Source of the DNA: Gammaproteobacteria bacterium
Lineage (GTDB): Bacteria > Pseudomonadota > Gammaproteobacteria > Ga0077536
Length of the DNA: 64,000 nt
Direction: 5' to 3'
NCBI GenBank assembly: GCA_963662545.2
Contig: CAXXLL010000003.1
Span: forward strand, 864,001-928,000
This document shows, piece by piece, positions 44,499 to 54,330 of the stretch. The translations under genes and the position numbers were made by a program. Numbering within the stretch: the first letter of the stretch is position 1; the number at the start of each line of letters is the position of its first letter. The notes under the pieces are model-generated. The model did not search any database and was not told where the DNA came from. It worked only from the letters and a program-made list of their open reading frames with translations.

Positions 44499-44930
44499 TC
44501 AGACCCCTTCGGCTAGCTGCCGCTCGTAACAAGCAGCATCGTAGTAGCCACGAGACTGTGCGATCAGGCCTGATTCGCCCATCTCCCAAACCTCGACTCC
44601 GCTCACGCGAACGGAATTTCCCGTGCCGCCCGGTCCTGTGTTGGTCCCAGTGAGCGTCCATACAAAGAACGCAGCATTACCTGCGACGAGAAGCTGATCA
44701 AGACTGATTTGTAAGTCGGGAAAAGCTTCCATGTAGCTACTTGCTACAGCTGCTAGCGCCGTGCGTCCAATGGCGGGTGGTCCGTCGTTTATCGATTGTC
44801 GTCCGACTTCCTCGTAGCACGAGGCCATTCCCTCCGGATCGTGCGAAGACCACGCACTCGCACACCGAATCGCGAGATCCCATAGTGCTTGGGATGGGGC
44901 CGTCGAACCTGGCGTCGAGGCTAATTGCAT
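44499..44930 (-). CDS. SnoaL-like/ester cyclase family protein (integron cassette)
   Basis: AWSSHD..AFPDL..WTLTGTNTGPGGTG..YYD; upstream core site GTTAGGC at 44999-44993. Confidence 0.85.
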   Translation of the reverse strand: MQLASTPGSTAPSQALWDLAIRCASAWSSHDPEGMASCYEEVGRQSINDGPPAIGRTALAAVASSYMEAFPDLQISLDQLLVAGNAAFFVWTLTGTNTGPGGTGNSVRVSGVEVWEMGESGLIAQSRGYYDAACYERQLAEGV

Positions 44931-45086
44931 TACCGTTTCCTCCGGTTTTTTGCTTTAACGAAAATGTGTCCTTATTTGGGAACTGTATAGAGGCCTAACA
45001 TTAAATGGTCGCTACAATGACGCGATTAATCGAATCATTGTGACGCATAATAATCGGTGCAGACATAGCTGTGGTTACGGTAGCCG

Positions 45087-45231
45087 GGGATGGCTCTTGG
45101 CCGACTGCAGCCGTGCTCCCTCCACTCGGTTCTTGAAGCAACTGGACGACCGCTATGAAGGGGAATGCAGACGTAATCTAGAACGGTGCCGCACTGCCGC
45201 GATCAGACCGCTGACGACCCGAAGGAGACAT
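45087..45231 (+). repeat. Triple-palindrome repeat R10 (intact, 145 bp)
   Basis: TGGCCGACTGCAGCCGT-31nt-ACGACCGCTATGAAGGGGAATGCAGACGT-29nt-CAGACCGCTGACGACCCGAAGGAGACAT. Confidence 0.9.
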
Positions 45232-45308
45232 CGGCTAGGCCGTAATGGCCACCAAATTGATGCCCCTATATGCTGCTCCCATTAATCATCAGATGGGGGG
45301 AAAGCATC

Positions 45309-45812
45309 ATGGAGCTAATTAATTGGGAGGCCGTATCGGCATTGTCTGAAGCATTCGGAGTAATCGCAGTCGTCGCATCAATGATATTTGTCGGCTTTCA
45401 AATACGACAGAATGCACAAGCAACACGTGCGGCAACCATGGCCTCCGTAATGGACCAGTGGGCGCATAATTATCAGAGTCTTAGTGAAAACGAAAATCTT
45501 GCGGAGGTTGTTTGGACCGGTTCCCAAGACCCGAACGCTGTAAGCGGCGTTGACCGATGGCGGCTGTCATTAGCTTGCAGCGGATTCTTCCAGTATTGGC
45601 ATAATGCCTATTATCAATGGACGATTGGCGCTTACGAATCGAAGGCATGGTATGCGCAGACGAATTTCATGATCAATATGCTGTCACTACCCGGGGCACG
45701 CGCGGTATGGGAAGAAAGGAAACTGGCGCTACCGGAGGACTTTCAAAAGTACGTCGAAACAGAAATCCTTACAAAATCACCCGACCCGAGTTACAAGTTA
45801 GCCGGTACTTAA
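45309..45812 (+). CDS. Small membrane-anchored protein, 'MNW' paralogue 5
   Basis: NWEAVSALSEAFGVIAVVASMIFVGFQIRQN..LPGARAVW..EDFQKYV. Confidence 0.88.
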   Translation: MELINWEAVSALSEAFGVIAVVASMIFVGFQIRQNAQATRAATMASVMDQWAHNYQSLSENENLAEVVWTGSQDPNAVSGVDRWRLSLACSGFFQYWHNAYYQWTIGAYESKAWYAQTNFMINMLSLPGARAVWEERKLALPEDFQKYVETEILTKSPDPSYKLAGT

Positions 45813-45863
45813 TCTGGCATCGCGTTGGGTCCCGCTCCGTGGGTTGCTGTATGCCGAGGCTAG

Positions 45864-45996
45864 AAGCCCACGCCTGGCCGCGAGCCGAACTGCTCGGCTA
45901 ACGTTCTGTTGAACTCAACTCCACGACCGCTTTGGAGCGCATTGCAGACCGAACCTAGAGCAGTGCTGCACTGCGGCGAGGCGACGGCTAACGACC
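45864..45996 (+). repeat. Triple-palindrome repeat R11 (remainder 47682-47697)
   Basis: TGGCCGCGAGCCGAACT..GACCGCTTTGGAGCGCATTGCAGAC..GACGGCTAACGACC. Confidence 0.9.
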
Positions 45997-47681
45997 CAGA
46001 GTGTGTGAAAACTCGGAATGAAGAGGAATCACGTCGAGAACTCCTCGTCAGACGCAACGCGGCGCGGTTACGACGGCCGCGCTCGCGGTCCAATGCGATC
46101 GGTTAGTTAATGGAACATTCCTTAGAACGGCCCCAGAAGCCGGCAGTGAAGCCGTGGATCAGGGAGTTTTCGAGGCCACAGAGGGTCTCATGCCGTCATC
46201 GCTTCGATGAGCGTAGCGACACCCAGTAGATTCATCACGCGTTTCATGTTGTAAGCGAGCACGTGCAGACTCATTTCCGTACCAACGTGTTTCAGCGTGC
46301 GCATCTGGAAGTGGGTCGAACCCATCCAGGATTTGATCGTGCCAAATGGATGCTCGACCGTCTCTCGGCGGACACGCATAGGGTCAGGTTCACGATCCAA
46401 TCGCGCCTGCACCGCTTCAACAACCGCTTCATGTTCCCAACGGCTGACGCGCCGGTATCGACCCGTTGTGCATTTAGATTTGATCGGGCAGCGGGGACAC
46501 GCCGAACTCCAGTAGCGCCGGATCTGCTTGCCTTTCTCCACTCGGGTGAACCGGTAAATCAGTCGCTCACCGGCCGGGCATTCATACGCATCCTCTTCGG
46601 GTTGGTAAATGAAGTCGCGCTTGCCAAACAAGCCCTTCGCCTGGTTACCCGAGGTCTGCGGTTTCGGCAGATAGGTCGTGATGCCGGCTTTAGCGCACGC
46701 CAAGATCTCTTCGCCACTGAAGTACCCGCGATCCGCAACGACGGTCAACTCCTTCTTATCCAGCGCCTCTTTGGCTTTCTCCGACATGTTCGACAGTTGC
46801 GCCCGGTCATGACCTACGTTCGTCACTTCATGTGCCACAATCAGATGACTCTTCGTGTCGACCGCCGTCTGCACGTTGTACCCCACCATGCCGCTGCCAC
46901 GGCCGCTCGTCGCCATCGAGCGCGCGTCCGGGTCCGTCAGTGAGACCTGATGGTCCGGCGTCTCCTCGAGCCGTACCTCGAGCTTTTTTAGGCGGCCTAT
47001 CTCTTCCTTCAGTACCTCGATCTTGTCCTTCAAACGCTGCGACTTGTCACCTGACACCGCACGCTCCTGGCGGTCGGCACTTGCAATTTCCGCCAGGTAC
47101 CGCTCAACGCTCTCGTCAATCTGCTGCAACCGACGTTTCAGCTTCGCCTTCGTGAAGTTCCGGTCACGGTTGTTTACCGCTTTGAACTTGCTGCCATCTA
47201 TCGCCACGAAGGCTTCCGAAAACAGCTGCAGCTTACGGCACAGCATCACGAACTCCCGGCATACCAGACGAATGGCGTCACCGTTATCTTTGCGGAAATC
47301 GGCAATGGTCTTGAAATCAGGCGCCAGACGACCCGTCAGCCACATCAGTTCCACGTTCCGCTGCGCCTCCCGTTCCAGGCGACGGCTCGATTGAACCCGG
47401 TTCAGGTAACCGTAGATATAGAGCTTCAGCATCGTCGCCGGGTGATACCCCGGTCGACCCGTCTCATGCGCATCGGTTCTGAAACTCAGACCTGACAGAT
47501 CCAACTCATCGACGAACACATCGATGACCCGCACCGCACTCTCCTCAGCGACATAATCGTCCAGACACTCGGGAAACAGCGTTGTTTGGCGGCGGTCCGC
47601 GCCTTCAATGAACCCGCTCATCAACGACTCCCCAGGACCGAAAGAGTGATCTTATCTGATGCAGAGTTTTCACACACTCTG
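45997..47681 (-). mobile_element. IS1182-family element, copy 3 (transposase 46188..47624)
   Basis: Same TIRs, GACC duplication, ORF identical to copy 2. Confidence 0.93.
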
Positions 47682-47734
47682 GACCCTAAGCAGACCTTGT
47701 AGGTTCTTGTACTCTGACCTCAAACCATTAGCAG

Positions 47735-48442
47735 CTATTCAGCGCGCTGCTTATCCCAGCCGTTCCAGAACGTCACATCGCGCGCCGGGAAGCGTTTCGC
47801 GGGTCTTAAATCGCCACCCTTGAGCCAGGCGACCGGTAGCAGTACCGCCTGCGTGTAATGCGCAGGAACGCCGAGAAGTTCCTGGATCTCTTTTTCATAC
47901 ATCAGAGTGAATGTCGTCCAGGCCGACGCAACTCCGCGCGCGCGGAGCGCCAGCATCAACGACCAGGCCGCCGGTAGAATGGACCCCCACATGGAGCCTT
48001 GGGTAAAGACATCTTCGTGGTCGAAGCGGTTTTCCAGGAAAAGCATGATGTGTACGGGGACGCGGTGCAGATTTTCTATTAAATGGACCGCCGATTTGAC
48101 GATTAGAGGCATTCTTTGCTGACGCGGGTCGTCGTCAGGGTACTGTTTATCGACGGCCACGCCGGTGCGCGTTACTCCGGTTTCACCGGCCAGGTAACGC
48201 TCCGCCCCCTGGCGATACAGGTCAGCTATACCCGAGCGTAAATGTTCATCCGTGACTACGACGAAGCGCCAGGTCTGAGAATTCGCTCCGGTCGGTGCCT
48301 GGAGCGCCACTTCGATCGCTTCTTCGATCAGTGATTCCGGAACGGATCGCTCGAGGTCGAGGCGCAGACGGACCGTGCGCGTGGTCTTCATAACATGATC
48401 GACGCTTGCGAGGTCGATTTTCTTGGGGGCTTGCTCCGCCAT
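47735..48442 (-). CDS. Nitroreductase family protein
   Basis: TTRTVRLRLD, QAPTGANSQTWRF, SILPAAWSLMLALRARG..WTT. Confidence 0.9.
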   Translation of the reverse strand: MAEQAPKKIDLASVDHVMKTTRTVRLRLDLERSVPESLIEEAIEVALQAPTGANSQTWRFVVVTDEHLRSGIADLYRQGAERYLAGETGVTRTGVAVDKQYPDDDPRQQRMPLIVKSAVHLIENLHRVPVHIMLFLENRFDHEDVFTQGSMWGSILPAAWSLMLALRARGVASAWTTFTLMYEKEIQELLGVPAHYTQAVLLPVAWLKGGDLRPAKRFPARDVTFWNGWDKQRAE

Positions 48443-48581
48443 ATCTGCTCTCCAAGTTCGTTGTGCGAACGGGGACGGATAGCCGTCTCCGACATATTAC
48501 ACAGGCGTTGCTCCGACGCCGCTGTGATTCGATATCATTGCGCCGCTCTTTGTCTGCCAAGTGGCGCAGCGCGTCCAATTG

Positions 48582-49448
48582 TTAGTCGTTCAGTTCAACC
48601 GTGTCGCCCTGTTTGATTTCACCGGGCACGCGCACATGGGCGCCAACGCCAAGGCATTGGTCGCCTTCCTTCACCACAGTGCGCAATATCGATTTGTCAT
48701 ATTCGATATCGGCTTGTGGTCTTACGGTCATACCGCAACGCACCGTCGGCATGGTGATCTCGAGGGTTGCCGAGCCGATCGCCAGAGTCTTGCCGACCCA
48801 GTCGTTTTCGACCAGGCCCGTTACCGCCGGGTCGGTCTCGATGTAGAAGTTCGGACGAAAACGCCGGATATCCCAGTTCGCGCCGGGATTTTTCCTGCGC
48901 ATGTAGTCCATCGACGCCGTGGTGATCATATGGATCTCCTCATTGTCGAAAAAAGTGCCGGGGACCGCGACATGATCCATCAGCACCTCTGGGAACAGAG
49001 ACATCTCCGGTACCGGTTCGCCCGGCTCGCGCGCGAAAAGCTCCGTCATTTCCTCAAGGAATACTTGTTCGTCCGGTTTGTGGCGCTTGTAGAATTCGAG
49101 ATTGCTAGCTGGTTCGATTGCGCGCAACGTCGCATCACGCTCGATCAATTCGCTCAGTTTAGCGTTGACCCGCGCATCGTCGCTGCCGATCGTTTGCCCG
49201 TCGGGGAACGTGATAACGACCGGTGTGATCGCATCATCGCTCGGCTCGGCGCGATACCGCGCCGAGCACAGCATGAGCTGCGGATAACGCTTGCCCCATG
49301 TAATCTCCGCCCGTCCCTCGTCGCGCATCGCCCAGCACCGGTCACCCGCGACGCCGGTTTGAGTGACCTTGCAGCGCTCGATTGTGTCGCCCTGCATCGA
49401 TTTCACCGGAAAACGCCAAATCTCCTTTATCACTCCAACGCGCGCCAT
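48582..49448 (-). CDS. MOSC domain protein
   Basis: IWRFPVKSMQG, GDRCWA, RRFRPN, RCGMT. Confidence 0.92.
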   Translation of the reverse strand: MARVGVIKEIWRFPVKSMQGDTIERCKVTQTGVAGDRCWAMRDEGRAEITWGKRYPQLMLCSARYRAEPSDDAITPVVITFPDGQTIGSDDARVNAKLSELIERDATLRAIEPASNLEFYKRHKPDEQVFLEEMTELFAREPGEPVPEMSLFPEVLMDHVAVPGTFFDNEEIHMITTASMDYMRRKNPGANWDIRRFRPNFYIETDPAVTGLVENDWVGKTLAIGSATLEITMPTVRCGMTVRPQADIEYDKSILRTVVKEGDQCLGVGAHVRVPGEIKQGDTVELND

Positions 49449-49565
49449 ATTCGACTCCTCGCCACTATTGCTGTATGCCCACTGTCAAGAGTAACTCCGT
49501 TAGACACCCGCGCGCACTTCAAATCGATGCCCGTCGAATAATCGAGCTCAGAGCAACAACTCATA

Positions 49566-49873
49566 AGGTCTGTTATTGGCCGAGGCTGTGTCAAAAGTAT
49601 TTTCGAATTTTGAAAGTGGGAGAAGTTTAACCCGATTCGCCTACCTTAGGCGGTGCGTTCCCTTAATCAATCGTGCATAACAACCTAAGTGGGGAAAATT
49701 TTCGCGGCGGGCTCCATTTTTCGACTTTTGACACAGCCTCGGCCGGAAGCCGAAGTCACCTCCAGCGATGTTTTCTAAACAAGCTGAATGGCCGCTTACG
49801 AGCGCATTGCAGACCTGACCCCAAGCAGTGCTGCACTGCCGCGAGGAGGCGGCTGACGACCCATTTCAGCCAC
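49566..49873 (+). repeat. Triple-palindrome repeat R12 (site A split by MITE-B)
   Basis: Rebuilt AGGTCTGTTAT-TGGCCG-GAAGCCGAAGT; GGCCGCTTACGAGCGCATTGCAGAC; GGCGGCTGACGACCCATTTCAGCCAC. Confidence 0.88.
49582..49740. mobile_element. MITE-B copy 2 (inverted relative to copy 1)
   Basis: Reverse complement of 40264-40422 with a few substitutions; GGCC duplication. Confidence 0.88.
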
Positions 49874-49979
49874 CCAAGCGAAATTTTCTCGACTTGCTGG
49901 CTGAGTTGACCGAGAGTCTCCCAGAGCGCCCGCGAAGAACATTGTACAATCCACTTCGACGCACAAGGGAGGAATCACC

Positions 49980-50357
49980 ATGTCAGAACGACACACCGAA
50001 CTTTACGCAATCACATTGAAATTCCTCGACGCATTCAATCGTAACGATCTCGATGACGTCATGTCATTTTTCTCCAATGAAGCCGTTTATGAAGAGCTGC
50101 ATGGCAAGATTAACGACGGCAAGGACGCGATTCGCGAAGCCTTTGTTCCCCAATTCGAAGGAAAGTTCGGCAAAATGGAGTTTATAGAAGACGACACTTT
50201 TATTGACGCTGACGCCGGCAAGATCATGAGCGGTTGGGATCTGCATATGGAAAAAGACGGCGGGCCAGTGGTGGTGAAAGGGCTTGATCTGCTTTACTTC
50301 GAGGGCGATAAAATTGTACGCAAGCAGACGTTTGTGAAGCAGAAAGATCCGTTGTAA
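49980..50357 (+). CDS. NTF2/SnoaL-like protein
   Basis: FLDAFNRNDLDDVMSFF..GKDAIR..GLDLL..KI..K. Confidence 0.87.
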   Translation: MSERHTELYAITLKFLDAFNRNDLDDVMSFFSNEAVYEELHGKINDGKDAIREAFVPQFEGKFGKMEFIEDDTFIDADAGKIMSGWDLHMEKDGGPVVVKGLDLLYFEGDKIVRKQTFVKQKDPL

Positions 50358-50472
50358 GAGAGACGCTCTGTAAGCCGGGGCCGAATCGACTCGATAAATA
50401 AATGGGGCCAAGCAAACACGACCGTGAACGCCGTGAATTTTTACTCTGGCCCCGAGGGATGAGGAGAGCGAG

Positions 50473-50967
50473 ATGACACTGCCTGATTCTGCAATCCTGC
50501 TCCGGCGTGGAGAGGGCGACTATGTGACCATCGGGACCGGCACTCGCTGTACCTTTAAGCTCAGGGGGGAAAACACGGACGGGCATTTCGGTCTGTTCGA
50601 GTATGTGATGGAGCCTGGGACTGAAGGACCGCGGCGCCATATCCATCGTCAGATGGCGGAAATCTTCTACGTGGTCGAAGGAGAGCTCGAATTCATCGTT
50701 GGAGACGAGAAGATCACGGCCCGGGCCGGTACGACCGCCCTCGTCCCCAAGGAGGTTGTGCATGCCTTTTCCAACCCGGGCCCGCAGCGCTCGGTGTTGC
50801 TGGTTATGTTTTGCCCGGCAGACTCGCGTGAGAAATACTTCGAGGGGCTGGCTGAACTCCTCAAAGACGGGCAAGCGTCGGATCAAGAAGCCTTACTGGA
50901 GTTGATGCGGCAACATGACACCGAGCCGGTGGCGGAACCGCTCTATGGAGAAATAGATGCGCCGTAA
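50473..50967 (+). CDS. Cupin domain protein
   Basis: HIHRQMAEIFYVVEG..VPKEVVHAFSN. Confidence 0.9.
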   Translation: MTLPDSAILLRRGEGDYVTIGTGTRCTFKLRGENTDGHFGLFEYVMEPGTEGPRRHIHRQMAEIFYVVEGELEFIVGDEKITARAGTTALVPKEVVHAFSNPGPQRSVLLVMFCPADSREKYFEGLAELLKDGQASDQEALLELMRQHDTEPVAEPLYGEIDAP

Positions 50968-51019
50968 AGGAAGCTAGTGTGCTGTCCCGCAAGAAACTTA
51001 CGCTCAAATAAATCTGTCC

Positions 51020-52372
51020 CTGAAGGCTCCCCACGAATTGAAGGAGAATTCACATAAAAAATAGCCATTTAGAAAAATAAATAGCGAACAATAGGGAACA
51101 TGCATGACGTTCGGTGATCAATAACGGTGACGAAACCAAATTGGTCACGGGAGAACGCCATGCATGCACTGAGATTGTTGCACAAAATAATGGGGCAAGC
51201 CTGTCCGCAGATACACGCGGTAAGGCTAACGGCATTGATGGCGAGCGTTGAGGCCCTTTTGGTCGGCCGTCAGATGAGCTTAGCCGGTCTTGGTCGCGCC
51301 TTGCTGTCGGGGGCGCGAGTCAAACACAACATCAAGCGAGTCGACCGGTTAATTGGCAACCGTCATCTGTGGGGAGAACGAACGGAACTCTATGGGGCGA
51401 TGGCGGGGCTGGTGCTTGGACAAGGACCACGTCCGGTAATTATTCTGGACTGGTCGGATATGCGCGAAGATCGGTCATGGCAGTTGTTGCGTGCGGCGGT
51501 TCCGGTGGGAGGCCGTTCACTGACGCTCTACGAAGAAGTACATCCCTTGTCGGCGTATGACAACCGGGGTGTCAGGAAACGGTTTCTGGAGCGTCTTCGA
51601 GAGATCTTACCACCGGGGTGTCGCCCGCTCTTAGTCACGGATGCCGGCTTCCGGACGACTTGGTTTAGACAGGTCGAAGCAATGGGTTGGGACTGGGTCG
51701 GTCGGGTCCGCGGGCGCACCCATTTCCGGCTGGACAACCAGGCAAGCTGGCAACCGTGCCGGACGTTGCATGCGATGGCCAACTCACGTGTGCGGCATAT
51801 CGGGACAGTCGAACTAACGGTATCGAATCCATTGGCCTGTGACCTGTACCTGGTGAAGAAGAAAAAGCGTGGCCGTCAACAACTGACCTGCCGCGGCACG
51901 CGTGCCCGTGGTGGCCGCAGCCTTAGCTGTGAACGACGCCAGCGCGAACCCTGGATATTGGTCACCTCACTGGGGTCGCGCGCGGCCCAGCAGGTGATGC
52001 GGTGTTATCAGTTGCGCATGCAGATTGAGGAGAGTTTCCGGGATATGAAAAATGCCCGTTTGGGACTGCACTTCCGCAGCGCGCGTTCCAACAGCGCCGA
52101 GCGGCTCTCGATCCTCGTCCTGATTGGTACGTTGGCAACATTAGTCGCTTGGTTAGTCGGCCAAGCGATGCAGCGTTTCGGGCTGCAGCGCCATTACCAG
52201 GCCAATACAACCCGGCATCGGCCGGTACTCTCCACCGTCTTTCTGGGCTTGCAAAGTTTTTGCAGGCAACCCGTAAAGCTTATGCTGGCAGACATCAAGC
52301 AATCGATTATCGCCTTACACCAAAATACCGCAAACCCGTTGCGTTATGCGTAAGTTCGTGGGGATCCTTCAG
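51020..52372 (+). mobile_element. IS4-family (IS10-like) element B
   Basis: TIR CTGAAGGCTCCCCACGAA / TTCGTGGGGATCCTTCAG, 9-bp duplication AATCTGTCC. Confidence 0.92.
51160..52353 (+). CDS. IS4-family transposase
   Basis: KHNIKRVDRL, LDWS, TDAGF, YQLRMQIEESFRDMK. Confidence 0.93.
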   Translation: MHALRLLHKIMGQACPQIHAVRLTALMASVEALLVGRQMSLAGLGRALLSGARVKHNIKRVDRLIGNRHLWGERTELYGAMAGLVLGQGPRPVIILDWSDMREDRSWQLLRAAVPVGGRSLTLYEEVHPLSAYDNRGVRKRFLERLREILPPGCRPLLVTDAGFRTTWFRQVEAMGWDWVGRVRGRTHFRLDNQASWQPCRTLHAMANSRVRHIGTVELTVSNPLACDLYLVKKKKRGRQQLTCRGTRARGGRSLSCERRQREPWILVTSLGSRAAQQVMRCYQLRMQIEESFRDMKNARLGLHFRSARSNSAERLSILVLIGTLATLVAWLVGQAMQRFGLQRHYQANTTRHRPVLSTVFLGLQSFCRQPVKLMLADIKQSIIALHQNTANPLRYA

Positions 52373-52385
52373 AATCTGTCCCCTT

Positions 52386-52507
52386 TGGCAGAGAGCCGAA
52401 GTTGCCGCCGCCGCTCACTGTTACGTAAGTCGAGTGACCGCTTACAAGCGCATTGCAGACGTAATCTAGGGCGGTGCTGCACTGCCGCGATTAGGCCGCT
52501 GACGACC
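52386..52507 (+). repeat. Triple-palindrome repeat R13 (left arm of site A absent; remainder 54193-54208)
   Basis: TGGCAGAGAGCCGAAGT..TGACCGCTTACAAGCGCATTGCAGACGT..GGCCGCTGACGACC. Confidence 0.88.
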
Positions 52508-54192
52508 CAGAGTGTGTGAAAACTCGGAATGAAGAGGAATCACGTCGAGAACTCCTCGTCAGACGCAACGCGGCGCGGTTACGACGGCCGCGCTCGCGGT
52601 CCAATGCGATCGGTTAGTTAATGGAACATTCCTTAGAACGGCCCCAGAAGCCGGCAGTGAAGCCGTGGATCAGGGAGTTTTCGAGGCCACAGAGGGTCTC
52701 ATGCCGTCATCGCTTCGATGAGCGTAGCGACACCCAGTAGATTCATCACGCGTTTCATGTTGTAAGCGAGCACGTGCAGACTCATTTCCGTACCAACGTG
52801 TTTCAGCGTGCGCATCTGGAAGTGGGTCGAACCCATCCAGGATTTGATCGTGCCAAATGGATGCTCGACCGTCTCTCGGCGGACACGCATAGGGTCAGGT
52901 TCACGATCCAATCGCGCCTGCACCGCTTCAACAACCGCTTCATGTTCCCAACGGCTGACGCGCCGGTATCGACCCGTTGTGCATTTAGATTTGATCGGGC
53001 AGCGGGGACACGCCGAACTCCAGTAGCGCCGGATCTGCTTGCCTTTCTCCACTCGGGTGAACCGGTAAATCAGTCGCTCACCGGCCGGGCATTCATACGC
53101 ATCCTCTTCGGGTTGGTAAATGAAGTCGCGCTTGCCAAACAAGCCCTTCGCCTGGTTACCCGAGGTCTGCGGTTTCGGCAGATAGGTCGTGATGCCGGCT
53201 TTAGCGCACGCCAAGATCTCTTCGCCACTGAAGTACCCGCGATCCGCAACGACGGTCAACTCCTTCTTATCCAGCGCCTCTTTGGCTTTCTCCGACATGT
53301 TCGACAGTTGCGCCCGGTCATGACCTACGTTCGTCACTTCATGTGCCACAATCAGATGACTCTTCGTGTCGACCGCCGTCTGCACGTTGTACCCCACCAT
53401 GCCGCTGCCACGGCCGCTCGTCGCCATCGAGCGCGCGTCCGGGTCCGTCAGTGAGACCTGATGGTCCGGCGTCTCCTCGAGCCGTACCTCGAGCTTTTTT
53501 AGGCGGCCTATCTCTTCCTTCAGTACCTCGATCTTGTCCTTCAAACGCTGCGACTTGTCACCTGACACCGCACGCTCCTGGCGGTCGGCACTTGCAATTT
53601 CCGCCAGGTACCGCTCAACGCTCTCGTCAATCTGCTGCAACCGACGTTTCAGCTTCGCCTTCGTGAAGTTCCGGTCACGGTTGTTTACCGCTTTGAACTT
53701 GCTGCCATCTATCGCCACGAAGGCTTCCGAAAACAGCTGCAGCTTACGGCACAGCATCACGAACTCCCGGCATACCAGACGAATGGCGTCACCGTTATCT
53801 TTGCGGAAATCGGCAATGGTCTTGAAATCAGGCGCCAGACGACCCGTCAGCCACATCAGTTCCACGTTCCGCTGCGCCTCCCGTTCCAGGCGACGGCTCG
53901 ATTGAACCCGGTTCAGGTAACCGTAGATATAGAGCTTCAGCATCGTCGCCGGGTGATACCCCGGTCGACCCGTCTCATGCGCATCGGTTCTGAAACTCAG
54001 ACCTGACAGATCCAACTCATCGACGAACACATCGATGACCCGCACCGCACTCTCCTCAGCGACATAATCGTCCAGACACTCGGGAAACAGCGTTGTTTGG
54101 CGGCGGTCCGCGCCTTCAATGAACCCGCTCATCAACGACTCCCCAGGACCGAAAGAGTGATCTTATCTGATGCAGAGTTTTCACACACTCTG
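52508..54192 (-). mobile_element. IS1182-family element, copy 4 (transposase 52699..54135)
   Basis: Same TIRs, GACC duplication, ORF identical to copy 2. Confidence 0.93.
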
Positions 54193-54330
54193 GACCCACA
54201 GCGGACATTAACGATATTGGATATATCGCTATATGGGGATCAGGTCCCGTATGCGTCTTTATAAGTCCGTAGGCTGGCAAAAGCACTCCATAATTGTTGG
54301 AGTGTAAGACTTGATCCCAATCTAACTTCT

